From NCBI GenBank assembly GCA_965229605.1, contig OZ245892.1, forward strand, positions 1,911,238-1,975,237: a stretch of 64,000 nucleotides of DNA. Reading direction: 5' to 3'. Origin of the DNA: Alphaproteobacteria bacterium. Its GTDB lineage: Bacteria; Pseudomonadota; Alphaproteobacteria; CBDDJK01. The stretch's first letter is position 1; each line of letters opens with the position of its first letter. This document shows, in pieces, positions 18,489-28,978 of the stretch. The translations under genes were made by a program, and so were the position numbers. The notes under the pieces were generated by a model that saw nothing but the letters and a program-made list of their open reading frames with translations, was not told the origin of the DNA and did no database searches.

Positions 18489-19137
18489 ATGTCAGAACTG
18501 ACAATAGATATTTTTATGTGCCGAAGCAGGAGCCTTTAGCAAAATTGAAAGCCAACATGATGAGCATTCCCTCTTTGGCGTGACAGATGGCAAGGCCGTT
18601 GGCACCTATCTTGAACAAAAATTTCAGAAATTCCTTGCCAGAAAATACAGCTATATACCGTGAAGTTCTGCAAAAGGCATCGACTTTCCAGAATTGGGCG
18701 TTGACCTTAAAGTCACAAACATCAAACACCCTCAGTCTTCGTGCCCATATCGCTCGGCCAGACAGAAAATATACGGAATTGGCTACGGATTACTGGTTCT
18801 TTGCTATGAGAAAACTGATAATCTGGAAAATTCAACAACCAGGTTAAACATCATTCACACGATTTTCATCGATTCTGATCGCACAGCCGACTTTCAGACG
18901 ACATCAGGATTGCTCAGAATCCTTGAAAATGACGGAAATGAGGACGACCTTACAGGCTTCATGTTTGAGCGCAATTTTCCTATTGATGATATAGAGGCCG
19001 GGAATCTTGCGAAAGAACTTCTGCAAAATCCGCCTAAACTTGGATATTTGACTATTTCCAATGCTTTACAATGGCGTCTCCAGTACAAAAGAGTCCTCAC
19101 GGAAGCAGGGAATGTTTCTGGAATTAGAAGGTTGTAG
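18489..19137 (+). pseudogene. Decayed PD-(D/E)xK-like type II restriction endonuclease gene, cognate to the downstream methyltransferase
   Basis: One reading frame spans 18508-19137 with a single in-frame TGA at 18661-18663. It encodes ...FGVTDGKAVGTYLEQKFQKFL...GIDFPELGVDLKVT..., a plausible D...(D/E)xK nuclease core. This frame has no ATG; an ATG at 18489 lies in the -1 frame and would join after a one-base change in the T5 run at 18511-18515. The frame ends 3 bp before the methyltransferase start. Confidence 0.4.
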
Positions 19138-19139
19138 AG

Positions 19140-20597
19140 ATGATCCATCAAGTCGAGTTTGGGGACTTTCAAACATCCCGGGATTTGGCAGACCGTGTGT
19201 GTGAAAAGCTGAAAGAGGCAGGGCTTTATCCGACTTCTGTCATTGAGCCAACGTGCGGTCTTGGGAATTTCACTGAATCAGCACGAAAGTCCTTTTCCAC
19301 GGCTAGAGAATTTCGCGGGTTCGAGATTGATCCTGATTACGTTAACAGGGCCAGACAACGGTTTGCCGATGATAATTCGGTAGAGATCATCGAGTGCGAT
19401 GTCATGCAAGAGGGATTGTTTCCAACAAACAATATACCCAAAAACTGCTTAATACTTGGCAACCCGCCATGGACAACCAATTCAACGATGGGATGCATCA
19501 ATGGGGCCAATCTGCCTGAAAAAAGTAATATTTACGGATTGCAAGGGCTAGATGCTCTTACAGGCAAGAGTAATTTTGATATTTCTGAATGGATGCTGAT
19601 GCATTTTACAAAGCTGCTGATCGGAACCGATGGCTATCTGGCCATGCTGGTTAAAACTTCTGTGGCACGGAAAATCATCAACCACCTCTTCAAAAGCAAG
19701 ACAAGCCTTCGGCATATTTCGCTGCATAAAATTGATGCTATGATTGAGTTTAATGTGTCTGTAGATGCCTGTTTACTCATTGTTTGTTTTTCTGCAACAA
19801 AGGCGAGTGTGCTCAGAAGCTGCAAGATTTATAATAGCCTTGAACAAAAGGCCCCCGCTGCTGTGATTGGATGGCGGCATGGAAAACTTATTTCTAACCC
19901 GGATACGTTTGATCGACTTTCAGACAGGTATCTCGCCTGCTCAAAACCGGAAAACCCCTGGAGGTCGGGAATGAAGCACGATTGCTCCAGAGTCTTCGAG
20001 TTGAAAAGGCAGGGCAACAGTCTGGTTAATGGCTATGGGGAACCTGTGGATGTTGAAGAGAAATTTTTGTTCCCTCTCATGAAAGGCACCGATCTGGCCC
20101 TCACAAGAGATATTAGCAGATGGGTAATATGCCCGCAAAGAGAAGTCGGTGAAAATACAGAACGGCTTAAAATTCTTGCGCCAAAACTATGGGCATATCT
20201 TGAATCATATTCAAAAGAACTGGCGGCACGGCGAAGCAGGATTTATATGAACAAGCCGAATTTCTCAGTTTTTGGAATAGGCTTATATTCTTTTCAACCT
20301 TGGAAAATTGCCATTTCTGGACTCCATAAATCATACGGCTTCAGACTGGTGGAGCCATACGAAAACAAACCTGTCCTTTTTGATGACACCTGTTATCAGA
20401 TTTCTTTTGCAGACAAGGCAAAGGCAAAGCGTGTCTTTAAGAAAATTATGTCACAGCCCTGTATTGAGTTTCTGGAATCAATGACTTTCTGGGATAATAA
20501 AAGGCCTATTACAGCCGAAATATTAAATCTGCTCTGCATTGACGACTATTCGCAGCCGCATTTCAATTTGCCTATGGGTGAAAGCCAGAGTGTATAA
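19140..20597 (+). CDS. N6-adenine-specific DNA methyltransferase, gamma class (M.TaqI / Eco57I-like)
   Basis: Motif X (FQTSRDLADRVCE), motif I (VIEPTCGLGNF) and, about 60 aa later, motif IV (LILGNPPWTT), in the order seen in M.TaqI. The C-terminal half would be the target-recognition domain. A GAAGG ribosome-binding site precedes the ATG. Confidence 0.75.
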   Translation: MIHQVEFGDFQTSRDLADRVCEKLKEAGLYPTSVIEPTCGLGNFTESARKSFSTAREFRGFEIDPDYVNRARQRFADDNSVEIIECDVMQEGLFPTNNIPKNCLILGNPPWTTNSTMGCINGANLPEKSNIYGLQGLDALTGKSNFDISEWMLMHFTKLLIGTDGYLAMLVKTSVARKIINHLFKSKTSLRHISLHKIDAMIEFNVSVDACLLIVCFSATKASVLRSCKIYNSLEQKAPAAVIGWRHGKLISNPDTFDRLSDRYLACSKPENPWRSGMKHDCSRVFELKRQGNSLVNGYGEPVDVEEKFLFPLMKGTDLALTRDISRWVICPQREVGENTERLKILAPKLWAYLESYSKELAARRSRIYMNKPNFSVFGIGLYSFQPWKIAISGLHKSYGFRLVEPYENKPVLFDDTCYQISFADKAKAKRVFKKIMSQPCIEFLESMTFWDNKRPITAEILNLLCIDDYSQPHFNLPMGESQSV

Positions 20598-20638
20598 CCG
20601 TTCCATCCAAAAGATAAACGATGTATCAGCGCGATCAG

Positions 20639-21073
20639 CTATTGCCTGAGTTCACGCGGCTGTTTCACCCGGATCAGATAGCCTTCTTTAAGTTTGAAAG
20701 AAAACTCGGCACTGCCCCAGGGTGGATATCTCACATCAGAACATTCAAAGCCGCTATCCTTGATTTCGTCTCTGATATTGCCAAGGTCTGATACGCAGAT
20801 AATAATCTCAATCCCCTTACCGCCTTCACCCGGTTCTGGCAGTACCCAATGGCTCTCACTAGATTTATTCTTCGATGGAGAAAATAACATCAGGTCGAAG
20901 TGAGCCGGATGTCTCAACTGCCGCCAGCCAGGGTTTTCTTCAATCAATGAAAAGTTGAACAGCTTGCAGAACAAATGCGCATATTCGTCATAATGCTCCG
21001 TATAAAGTTCGATTTGCACCATTTCCCGCTCGTGCTTGTCCGCAAGCGTATGAATTGATGTTGTATTTGTCAT
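20639..21073 (-). CDS. VOC (glyoxalase / bleomycin-resistance) family protein
   Basis: 144 aa with ...GIEIIICVSDLGNIRDEIKDSG... and a C-terminal PWGSAEFSFKLKEGYLIRV, the pattern of a VOC beta-alpha-beta-beta-beta module. Low GC like the islet. Confidence 0.45.
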   Translation of the reverse strand: MTNTTSIHTLADKHEREMVQIELYTEHYDEYAHLFCKLFNFSLIEENPGWRQLRHPAHFDLMLFSPSKNKSSESHWVLPEPGEGGKGIEIIICVSDLGNIRDEIKDSGFECSDVRYPPWGSAEFSFKLKEGYLIRVKQPRELRQ

Positions 21074-21102
21074 GGCTGATTCTTCTCTTTAATCTGTGAA
21101 CG

Positions 21103-22503
21103 ATGTATCAATCCCCAGATAGTGACTCTATAAACATCAAGGCCCTGTTTTCCCGATCAATGACGGAAAACTGGCCTTGTACAACTGATGGAACGCCCCA
21201 AAACACCCCACATATCGGCCTTGCCTGTTCCGGTGGCGGCGATTCAATGGCACTGGTCTGTCTGGCGCAAAGCTGGTGTCAGGAACACCGCATACAGCTT
21301 CATGTGGCGGTTGTCGATCATCTGCTGCGCCCGGACTCAGGCAAAGATTCTCTGGCGACACAGCAATGGCTGGATGCACGCGGGATAAAAGCCGATATTC
21401 TGCGCGATTCATCCTCTGCCCCGAAAAACAGCAGATTGCAGGAAAAAGCCCGCTCCTATCGCTACAAGCTGCTTGGCGACTGGATGGAGCAAAAAAATCT
21501 GTCCATTCTGCTGGTTGGCCATAATTTTGATGATCAGGTTGAAACAATCCTGCTGCGCCTGTCTCGCGGCAGTCATTGGCGCGGGCTGAAAGGTATGGCC
21601 GGATCAAGCCTTCTGTCGCCTGATGGCCTGCTGTCCACTCCCCCCAAATATATTCTGCGCCCGCTGCTTTCCTGTCGCCGTGACCGCTTGCGCCAGTTCT
21701 TGAATGATCAGGATTGGCCCTTTTTGAACGACCCGGCAAATGACAATCCAACCTTTACCCGCATCTGGTGGCGGCAACATCTGCCGCACTTTGCAAAAAC
21801 CGACATCAATGAGGATTCATTGACAAGACTTTCAGACCTTGCAAAGCGAATGGATGCACTGCGCCAGACCCGGCTTCATTTACTCTGCAACCGGCGTCTA
21901 TGGATGCTGCCCGGCGGTGCCGTGCGTGCAGACCATGGGCTTTTTCACGATGCCGGACCTGATCTGGGCAGCGAGTTACTGCGTGGCCTGCTGACTTTTC
22001 TTGGCACAAGGACTCACGGTCCACGCCAAGACGCCGTTGACCGGCTTTACCATAAAATCTGCAGTGCGACCTCTTCCACAAAACCGGACGCAACTCTTCA
22101 CGGCGTACGCCTGATCACAGACCAACAGGGCTTGCTCTTTTTACGCGAAAATCCTGCCCCGCCCGTAAAATTACAAAAATTAAAATTACAAAAACTCCCC
22201 ATTATCTGGGATCAACGCTATCGCCTCTATGGAGAAGACTTCTCTACCCTCCACCAATGGACTTTGGGCGCAATCGGTCAAAACCCGCTTGATGAAAAGC
22301 TAAAAAAACAGGCTCAACTCCCCGCAAAAGTTCTGAAAACCCTCCCCTGCCTGCGCAACCCGCAAGGCGAAATCAGACATATTCCCGACCTCGACTATTA
22401 TCACCCAGACCAAACCAATAAAGAAAGAACCGCACTGGAAAATCTCTCGCTGGTTTTTTCGCGGTCTTCGCCCTTTTCTTTTCCACTCTCGCGGCTTATA
22501 TAA
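21103..22503 (+). CDS. tilS: tRNA(Ile)-lysidine synthetase
   Basis: PP-loop [13 protein letters not shown] (SGGxDS), with a conserved position upstream of ftsH. The start may be a downstream ATG. Confidence 0.8.
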   Translation: MYQSPDSDSINIKALFSRSMTENWPCTTDGTPQNTPHIGLACSGGGDSMALVCLAQSWCQEHRIQLHVAVVDHLLRPDSGKDSLATQQWLDARGIKADILRDSSSAPKNSRLQEKARSYRYKLLGDWMEQKNLSILLVGHNFDDQVETILLRLSRGSHWRGLKGMAGSSLLSPDGLLSTPPKYILRPLLSCRRDRLRQFLNDQDWPFLNDPANDNPTFTRIWWRQHLPHFAKTDINEDSLTRLSDLAKRMDALRQTRLHLLCNRRLWMLPGGAVRADHGLFHDAGPDLGSELLRGLLTFLGTRTHGPRQDAVDRLYHKICSATSSTKPDATLHGVRLITDQQGLLFLRENPAPPVKLQKLKLQKLPIIWDQRYRLYGEDFSTLHQWTLGAIGQNPLDEKLKKQAQLPAKVLKTLPCLRNPQGEIRHIPDLDYYHPDQTNKERTALENLSLVFSRSSPFSFPLSRLI

Positions 22504-22544
22504 CCTACAAGAAATCACCTCTATCCTTCAAAAAGACCGCGCAC

Positions 22545-24515
22545 ATGAATGTATCGAAAAAGAACCTGCTGACCTGGCTTGTCATCCTGGTGACCATCGC
22601 CTTCCTCTATAACATGTTCGACACCAATAATCAGCAAACCGGAAATGTCATCAGCTATTCAGAATTCCTTAATCAGGTCGAGCTCGGAAATGTCCGTAAC
22701 GTCACCATAGACGACGATACACTCGCCGGGACCTATGTCGGCGGCGGCACCTTTAATACCTATGCCCCCAGCGATCCCGACATGATCAGCAATCTGCGCG
22801 AACGCAACGTCTCTATCGAAGTCAGCCCGCCCGATAGCGGCATGCCTACCCTGCTGGCCATCCTGATCAACTGGTTCCCGATGCTGCTGTTGATCGGGGT
22901 ATGGATTTTCCTGTTTCGCCAGATGCAAGGCGGCGGACGCGGGGCCATGGGCTTTGGCAAATCACGCGCCCGGCTGCTGACCGAACAATCTGGCAAGGTC
23001 ACCTTTGAAGATGTTGCCGGGATTGATGAATCAAAACAGGAATTGCAGGAAGTCGTTGAATTTCTAAAAGACCCGCAGAAATTCTCGACACTTGGCGGCA
23101 AGATTCCAAAAGGGGTGCTGCTGATTGGCCCGCCCGGTACCGGGAAAACGTTGACGGCGCGCGCCGTTGCTGGCGAAGCCGATGTGCCTTTCTTCACCAT
23201 TTCCGGCTCTGATTTTGTTGAAATGTTTGTCGGGGTCGGGGCCAGCCGGGTGCGCGATATGTTTGAACAGGGCAAGAAAAGCGCGCCCTGCATCATCTTT
23301 ATTGATGAAATTGACGCGGTTGGACGGCATCGCGGGGCCGGGCTTGGTGGCGGCAATGACGAACGTGAACAAACGCTCAACCAGTTGCTGGTTGAAATGG
23401 ACGGCTTTGAATCCTCACAAGGCGTGATCATTATCGCCGCAACCAACCGGCCCGATGTGCTGGACCCGGCCTTGCTGCGGCCTGGTCGCTTTGACCGGCA
23501 GGTGGTTGTTCCCAACCCCGATATCAATGGCCGGGAAAAAATCCTGCTGGTTCATATGCGCGATACGCCCTTGGCGCCGGATGTCAGTGCCAAGGTGATT
23601 GCCCGTGGCACCCCCGGCTTTTCCGGGGCTGATCTGGCCAATCTGGTCAATGAAGCCGCTTTGCTGGCAGCCCGGCGCAACCGGCGTGTGGTCTCGATGC
23701 GGGAAATGGAAGATGCCAAGGATAAAGTCCTGATGGGGGCCGAACGCCGCTCGCTCGCCATGTCGGAAGAAGAAAAGAAACTCACTGCCTATCACGAAGC
23801 CGGTCATGCGCTGGTCGGCCTCAAAGTCCCGGGCAATGACCCACTTCATAAAGTGACGATCATCCCGCGCGGGCGGGCTTTGGGGGTCACCATGAACCTG
23901 CCGGAACGCGACCGGCTGGGCTATAAAAAATCGGAAATGACCGCCAAACTCGCCATGATTTACGGGGGACGCGAAGCTGAAGACATCATTTTTGGTGCAG
24001 AACAGGTCACGACCGGGGCTTCAAACGATATCATGCAGGCTACCCGCATGGCCCGGGCGATGGTCACTGAATACGGAATGTCCGATAAACTCGGGGCTTT
24101 GCGCTATAACGAAAATCAGGACGAGGTTTTTCTTGGCCATTCAGTTGCCAGGCAGCAAAATATCTCGGAACAGACCGCGCAGCTGATTGATGAAGAAGTG
24201 CGCCGCCTCTGCGAAACTGCCCGCAAAAAAGCCCGCGAAATTCTGGATGGCTGTCTCGATGAACTCCACCTGCTTTCAAAGGCTCTGCTGGAGCATGAAA
24301 CCTTGTCCGGGGAAGAAGTGGACCGCCTGCTGCGCGGCGAATCTATCCGGGAGGAAGATGAATCCGGCAGCACACCGGCTGCTCCCTCGACCTCGGCCTT
24401 TCCGCAATCGGGCGAAAAAAGCGGCAGCAAGACCAGAAAGAAATCCAGCCGGAAAAACCCTGCCGGATCAGAAGACGCCCCTGATCCCGATGATGCAAAG
24501 CCGACTCCGGCTTAA
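22545..24515 (+). CDS. ftsH: ATP-dependent zinc metalloprotease FtsH
   Basis: Two N-terminal TM segments, AAA Walker [16 protein letters not shown] zinc site, and an acidic C-terminal tail. 656 aa. Confidence 0.95.
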   Translation: MNVSKKNLLTWLVILVTIAFLYNMFDTNNQQTGNVISYSEFLNQVELGNVRNVTIDDDTLAGTYVGGGTFNTYAPSDPDMISNLRERNVSIEVSPPDSGMPTLLAILINWFPMLLLIGVWIFLFRQMQGGGRGAMGFGKSRARLLTEQSGKVTFEDVAGIDESKQELQEVVEFLKDPQKFSTLGGKIPKGVLLIGPPGTGKTLTARAVAGEADVPFFTISGSDFVEMFVGVGASRVRDMFEQGKKSAPCIIFIDEIDAVGRHRGAGLGGGNDEREQTLNQLLVEMDGFESSQGVIIIAATNRPDVLDPALLRPGRFDRQVVVPNPDINGREKILLVHMRDTPLAPDVSAKVIARGTPGFSGADLANLVNEAALLAARRNRRVVSMREMEDAKDKVLMGAERRSLAMSEEEKKLTAYHEAGHALVGLKVPGNDPLHKVTIIPRGRALGVTMNLPERDRLGYKKSEMTAKLAMIYGGREAEDIIFGAEQVTTGASNDIMQATRMARAMVTEYGMSDKLGALRYNENQDEVFLGHSVARQQNISEQTAQLIDEEVRRLCETARKKAREILDGCLDELHLLSKALLEHETLSGEEVDRLLRGESIREEDESGSTPAAPSTSAFPQSGEKSGSKTRKKSSRKNPAGSEDAPDPDDAKPTPA

Positions 24516-24544
24516 CTGCGTGATTCCACAAAAAGCCGGTTTCT

Positions 24545-25456
24545 ATGAACAGGAAAGACCTGCGCGATGACTGGCTGGCAAAAGCCGATGTCCTGACCGA
24601 GGCCCTGCCCTTTATGCGCCGCTATGCCGGAAAGCGCGTAGTGATCAAATATGGCGGACATGCCATGGGGGACCGGACTGTGGCCCGGCTTTTTGCCCAG
24701 GATATTGTCCTGTTGAAGCAGGTGGGCATTCACCCGATCATCGTCCATGGTGGCGGCCCGCAAATTGGTGATATGCTCAAGCGGCTGGAAATCAAAAGCG
24801 ATTTTGTGGACGGGCTGCGAGTCACCGATTCAGCCACGGTTGAGGTGGTTGAGATGGTGCTGGCCGGGCGCATCAATAAAGAGATCGTGGCCTTGATTCA
24901 AGGCGTTGGCGGGCGAGCCGTTGGTCTAAGCGGCAAAGACGGCGGGATGATTCAGGCCCGCAAGCTCACCCGCACCCGCCCGACAACCGATTCCAATATT
25001 GAAAAGAATATTGATCTTGGCTTTGTTGGCGAGCCTTCTTCGGTTGACCCGACCCTGCTGGAGGACCTTCTTCACACCGGCTTTATCCCGGTCATAGCCC
25101 CGCTTGGACTCGGAGAAGGAGAAGGAGACGAGGGCCAGACCTTTAACATCAACGCCGATACGGCGGCTGGCGCGATTGCCGGTGCCTTGCAGGCCGAACG
25201 GCTATTGATGCTGACAGATATTGAAGGCGTGCTTGACGGCGAGGGAGCTTTGCTGCGTAATCTATCACCAAAGACAGCCAGAAGCCTGATGGCTGATGGA
25301 ACCATCGCAGGTGGCATGATCCCCAAAGTCCAGACCTGCCTGGATGCGGTTGCTGCCGGAGCCAAAGCCGCCGTGATACTGGATGGTCGGGTGCCACACG
25401 CCCTCTTGCTTGAAATCTTTACGACTCTGGGGGCTGGCACCTATGTCGGGGACTAG
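24545..25456 (+). CDS. argB: Acetylglutamate kinase
   Basis: [10 protein letters not shown]...VHGGGPQI, 303 aa. Confidence 0.9.
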   Translation: MNRKDLRDDWLAKADVLTEALPFMRRYAGKRVVIKYGGHAMGDRTVARLFAQDIVLLKQVGIHPIIVHGGGPQIGDMLKRLEIKSDFVDGLRVTDSATVEVVEMVLAGRINKEIVALIQGVGGRAVGLSGKDGGMIQARKLTRTRPTTDSNIEKNIDLGFVGEPSSVDPTLLEDLLHTGFIPVIAPLGLGEGEGDEGQTFNINADTAAGAIAGALQAERLLMLTDIEGVLDGEGALLRNLSPKTARSLMADGTIAGGMIPKVQTCLDAVAAGAKAAVILDGRVPHALLLEIFTTLGAGTYVGD

Positions 25457-25643
25457 ACCCTGATTATCTGGTTGCCAAAGCCGCTCAAGCCCCCTATAGC
25501 AGCCTCACTGATCAAGCACAGACGTTTTATCAGAAATTCTCACAGGAAGCGGGCCGCCGAAAAAGCGGTTCCTCCGTTCCGGTGCCGGTTTGATCCGGCC
25601 ACGGGCTTCCTGGCGGCTTAACCGGAAACCAAACGAGGACAAA

Positions 25644-26531
25644 ATGTCAAATATTCCGACTTTTACCATGCGCCAGCTGCTTGAGGCCGGTGTGCATTAC
25701 GGCCATACCACCCGGCGCTGGAACCCCAAGATGAAGCCTTTTCTTTTTGGAGAGCGCAACCGCATTCATATCATTGATCTTGATCAGACTGTGCCGATGC
25801 TTGGCCAGGCCTTGCAAGCCCTTTACGAGGTCAGTGTCAGCGGCGGGCGGGTTTTATTTGTTGGCACCAAGCGGCAAGCTCAGGATATGATCAAGGAATA
25901 TGCGGTCAAATGCGGTCAATATTATGTGAATCACCGGTGGCTTGGCGGCACGATGACGAACTGGAAGACGGTTTCGGTTTCGATTCGCAAGTTGAAGGAG
26001 CTGGAAGAGCGTCTGTCCAATCAGGAAGAGGTCGAAGGTCTGACCAAGCGCGAGCGTCTTGGCCTGATGCGCCAAAAGGATAAATACGAGCGTGCGCTTG
26101 GCGGGATCAAGGACATGGGTGGCACGCCGGATATTTTATTTGTGATTGACACCAACAAGGACCAGATTGCGGTGCAGGAAGCGGTGACCATGGGGCTTCC
26201 TGTGGTTGCGATCATTGATTCCAATTCAACGCCAGAAGGGGTGACCTATCCGATTCCGGGCAATGATGATGCGCGCCGCGCGATTAAGCTTTATTGCGAG
26301 CTTGCGGCACAGGCTGTGCTGAATGGTCTTCAGGCTTCTTTGGGCAATGCCGGGATTGACATTGGCAGCGGTGAGGAAGCTCCGCAGATGGATGTTGATG
26401 AAGGTGCGGCTGACGAGGTTGCGGCTACCGAAGTTGCGGTTGCTGAAGAGGCACCGGAAGAAACAGCAGCAGAAGATACGCCTGTAGGTGATGCGGCAAC
26501 AGAAGAAAACGACCCGGCACCAGCAAGCTAA
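25644..26531 (+). CDS. rpsB: 30S ribosomal protein S2
   Basis: The internal ATG at 25644 ([21 protein letters not shown]) is preceded by a GAGGA ribosome-binding site. Acidic C-terminal extension. Confidence 0.9.
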   Translation: MSNIPTFTMRQLLEAGVHYGHTTRRWNPKMKPFLFGERNRIHIIDLDQTVPMLGQALQALYEVSVSGGRVLFVGTKRQAQDMIKEYAVKCGQYYVNHRWLGGTMTNWKTVSVSIRKLKELEERLSNQEEVEGLTKRERLGLMRQKDKYERALGGIKDMGGTPDILFVIDTNKDQIAVQEAVTMGLPVVAIIDSNSTPEGVTYPIPGNDDARRAIKLYCELAAQAVLNGLQASLGNAGIDIGSGEEAPQMDVDEGAADEVAATEVAVAEEAPEETAAEDTPVGDAATEENDPAPAS

Positions 26532-26591
26532 TCATTGGCAAGCTAATATTTCCAGCGGGAATGATCAGATAAATCAGTGAAAGGATTATAA

Positions 26592-27578
26592 ATGAGTGTA
26601 TCAGCATCAGATGTCAAAGCATTGCGGGAGAAAACCGGTGCCGGGATGATGGACTGCAAAAAGGCTTTGAGCGAAAGCAACGGCGACTTTGAGGCTGCCA
26701 CTGACTGGCTGCGCAAGAAGGGTCTTTCGGCAGCCGCAAAGAAGTCTGATCGGGTTGCGGCGGAAGGTCTGGTTGCTCTTGCGCTTGGCGATATGTCGCA
26801 GGCGGGGCAGTCCGGTGTGCTGGTTGAGTTGAATGCGGAAACGGATTTTGTGGCCCGCAACGCCCAGTTTCAGGGGCTGGTTGGCGGCATAGCCAAAGCC
26901 GCACTCGGACAAGAAACAAAATCCGGCCCGGGTGATCTTGAGGCCTTGAAAGGGCTGAATTTCCCGGGGTCAGAGCGCAGTGTTGCCGATGAAATCACCC
27001 ATCAGATTGCAACCATCGGCGAAAATATGTCTTTGCGGCGGGTTGAGCATCTTGCGGCAGAAAACGGGGTTGTGTCGGGCTATATCCACGGGCCGGCTGA
27101 CCCTTCAACGCCGGAAGGCCAGCGGCTTGGCCGGATAGCCGTGCTGGTTTCGCTTGAGTCTGCCGGAGATTTGAGCGCAGATGGCAAACAGTCTTTAAGT
27201 GATCTGGCCCGCAAGATTGCCATGCATGTGGCGGCGGCCCGCCCGCGCGCGCTGGACCGGGAGTCGCTGGATGCGGCAGAGGTTGAGCGGGAGCGCACGA
27301 TTTTAAAGGATCAGGCCTTGCAGGAAGGCCGTCCGCCAGAGATTGTTGAGAAGATGGTTGATGGGAGGATGCGCAAGTTTTTTGCTGAATCGGTTTTGCT
27401 TGAGCAAATCTATGTGATGGATAACGAGCGCACGATTGCCAAAGTCATTGAGGATACCGGCAAAGAGCTTGGCAGTGACGTCAAGCTGTCGGGCTATCTG
27501 CGTTTTGAGCTTGGCGAGGGCATTGCCCGCAAGGAGGATAATTTTGCTGCAGAGGTTGCTGCGGCTGTTCAAAGCTAG
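26592..27578 (+). CDS. tsf: Elongation factor Ts
   Basis: ALREKTGAGMMDCKKAL, 328 aa. Confidence 0.9.
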   Translation: MSVSASDVKALREKTGAGMMDCKKALSESNGDFEAATDWLRKKGLSAAAKKSDRVAAEGLVALALGDMSQAGQSGVLVELNAETDFVARNAQFQGLVGGIAKAALGQETKSGPGDLEALKGLNFPGSERSVADEITHQIATIGENMSLRRVEHLAAENGVVSGYIHGPADPSTPEGQRLGRIAVLVSLESAGDLSADGKQSLSDLARKIAMHVAAARPRALDRESLDAAEVERERTILKDQALQEGRPPEIVEKMVDGRMRKFFAESVLLEQIYVMDNERTIAKVIEDTGKELGSDVKLSGYLRFELGEGIARKEDNFAAEVAAAVQS

Positions 27579-27605
27579 GGTCAGGACCCTGGAAGGAAGC
27601 GACCG

Positions 27606-28313
27606 ATGTCCCCGCATTATCACCGCGTTTTGTTGAAATTATCCGGTGAGGTTCTTGGCGGACCGGCAGGCACAGGCTTTGACCCGGCGGTTTTGAACCG
27701 GCTGGCAGAGGAGATTCGGGCGGTTCGGGCGCAAGGTGTGCAGCTTTGTCTGGTGATTGGTGGCGGCAATATTTTTCGGGGCATGGCCGGTTTTGCAGGG
27801 ATTGAGCGCACCACGGGTGATCATATAGGCATGTTGGCGACGGTAATGAATGCGCTGGCGATGCAGGCGGTTTTGGAGAATATGGATGTGCCGACCCGGG
27901 TTTTGTCTGCGATTCCGATTCAAACGGTGTGCGAGCCTTATATCCGGCGGCGTGCGATTCGCCATCTGGAGAAGGACCGGATTGTGATTTTTGCGGCGGG
28001 GACGGGCAATCCTTATTTTACGACGGATTCTGCGGCGGCTTTGCGGGCATCCGAGATGGATTGCCAGGTTTTGTTAAAAGGAACGAAGGTTGATGGAGTC
28101 TATGATCGCGACCCGGCTAAATTCCCGGATGCCAAGCGTTTTCAGACGATTTCGCATCAAGAGGTTTTGGAGCGCGATTTGAGGGTTATGGACGGGTCGG
28201 CTATTTCTTTAAGCCGTGAGAAGGGGATTCCGGTTCTGGTTTTTTCGATAGAGGAGCCGGGTGCGATGAACGAGATTATTTTGGGTCGGGGACGTTATAC
28301 GAAGATCACCTGA
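27606..28313 (+). CDS. pyrH: Uridylate kinase
   Basis: [11 protein letters not shown], 235 aa. Confidence 0.9.
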   Translation: MSPHYHRVLLKLSGEVLGGPAGTGFDPAVLNRLAEEIRAVRAQGVQLCLVIGGGNIFRGMAGFAGIERTTGDHIGMLATVMNALAMQAVLENMDVPTRVLSAIPIQTVCEPYIRRRAIRHLEKDRIVIFAAGTGNPYFTTDSAAALRASEMDCQVLLKGTKVDGVYDRDPAKFPDAKRFQTISHQEVLERDLRVMDGSAISLSREKGIPVLVFSIEEPGAMNEIILGRGRYTKIT

Positions 28314-28345
28314 TTTGTTATGAGGCACTGACTGGAGGAAATCTG

Positions 28346-28903
28346 ATGTCACAATTATCTGAGAAGGAGTTGAAGAAGCGCATGGAGAGTGCGCTGGAGG
28401 CTTTGACCCGGGAGTTTGCGGGTTTGCGCAGTGGTCGGGCTAATCCTGCGTTGCTGGAGCCGGTTCAGGTTGAGGCTTATGGTGGTCATATGCCGTTGAA
28501 GGAGGTTGCGGGGATTTCTGCGCCGGAGCCCCGGATGCTTTCGGTGAGTGTCTGGGATCAGGGGCTGGTGAAGTCGGTTGAGCGGGGAATTAGCGAGGCC
28601 AATCTTGGTTTGAATCCGAGCAGTGACGGCAATATTGTTCGGGTTTACCTGCCGGAATTGAGTGAAGAGAGTCGGCGTGATCTGGTCAAGGTTGCGCATA
28701 AATATGCGGAGCAGGCACGGATTGCGGTGCGCAATGTTCGCCGGGACGGGATTGACGGGTTGCGCAAGGCGCAAAAGGCCAAGGAGATTGGGGAGGATGT
28801 TTTGCGTCGTGGCGAGACTGACATTCAGAAGCTGACGGATGATTATACGGGCAAGGTCAATAGCATGTTGAAGGCCAAAGAGACCGAGATCATGCAGATT
28901 TAA
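28346..28903 (+). CDS. frr: Ribosome recycling factor
   Basis: 185 aa, with a conserved position after pyrH. Confidence 0.9.
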   Translation: MSQLSEKELKKRMESALEALTREFAGLRSGRANPALLEPVQVEAYGGHMPLKEVAGISAPEPRMLSVSVWDQGLVKSVERGISEANLGLNPSSDGNIVRVYLPELSEESRRDLVKVAHKYAEQARIAVRNVRRDGIDGLRKAQKAKEIGEDVLRRGETDIQKLTDDYTGKVNSMLKAKETEIMQI

Positions 28904-28944
28904 TGTCGATCATCAACCGACATTAACCACCGTTCTCTTTTTTA
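28901..28944 (+). terminator. Possible intrinsic terminator after frr: a 9-bp stem (ttaatgtcg ... cgacattaa) and a downstream T-run
   Basis: Inverted repeat 28901-28927 overlapping the frr stop, with tcttttttat at 28935-28944. Confidence 0.3.
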
Positions 28945-28978
28945 TGCCAGAAAGCCGTTATGCAAGAAGAATCCTGCT

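Larger units (their letters stand above)
18338..21100. other. Low-GC genomic islet (about 40% GC against a 53-55% background) carrying a restriction-modification remnant and a VOC-family gene
   Basis: Visible drop in composition between the pfkB stop and the tilS start. No integrase or flanking tRNA. Confidence 0.6.

Noticed and set aside
18587-18847. 86-aa plus-strand ORF in the islet
   Set aside because: It lies in an alternative frame across the decayed nuclease region. The nuclease-like frame with a PD-(D/E)xK-type core explains the region better.
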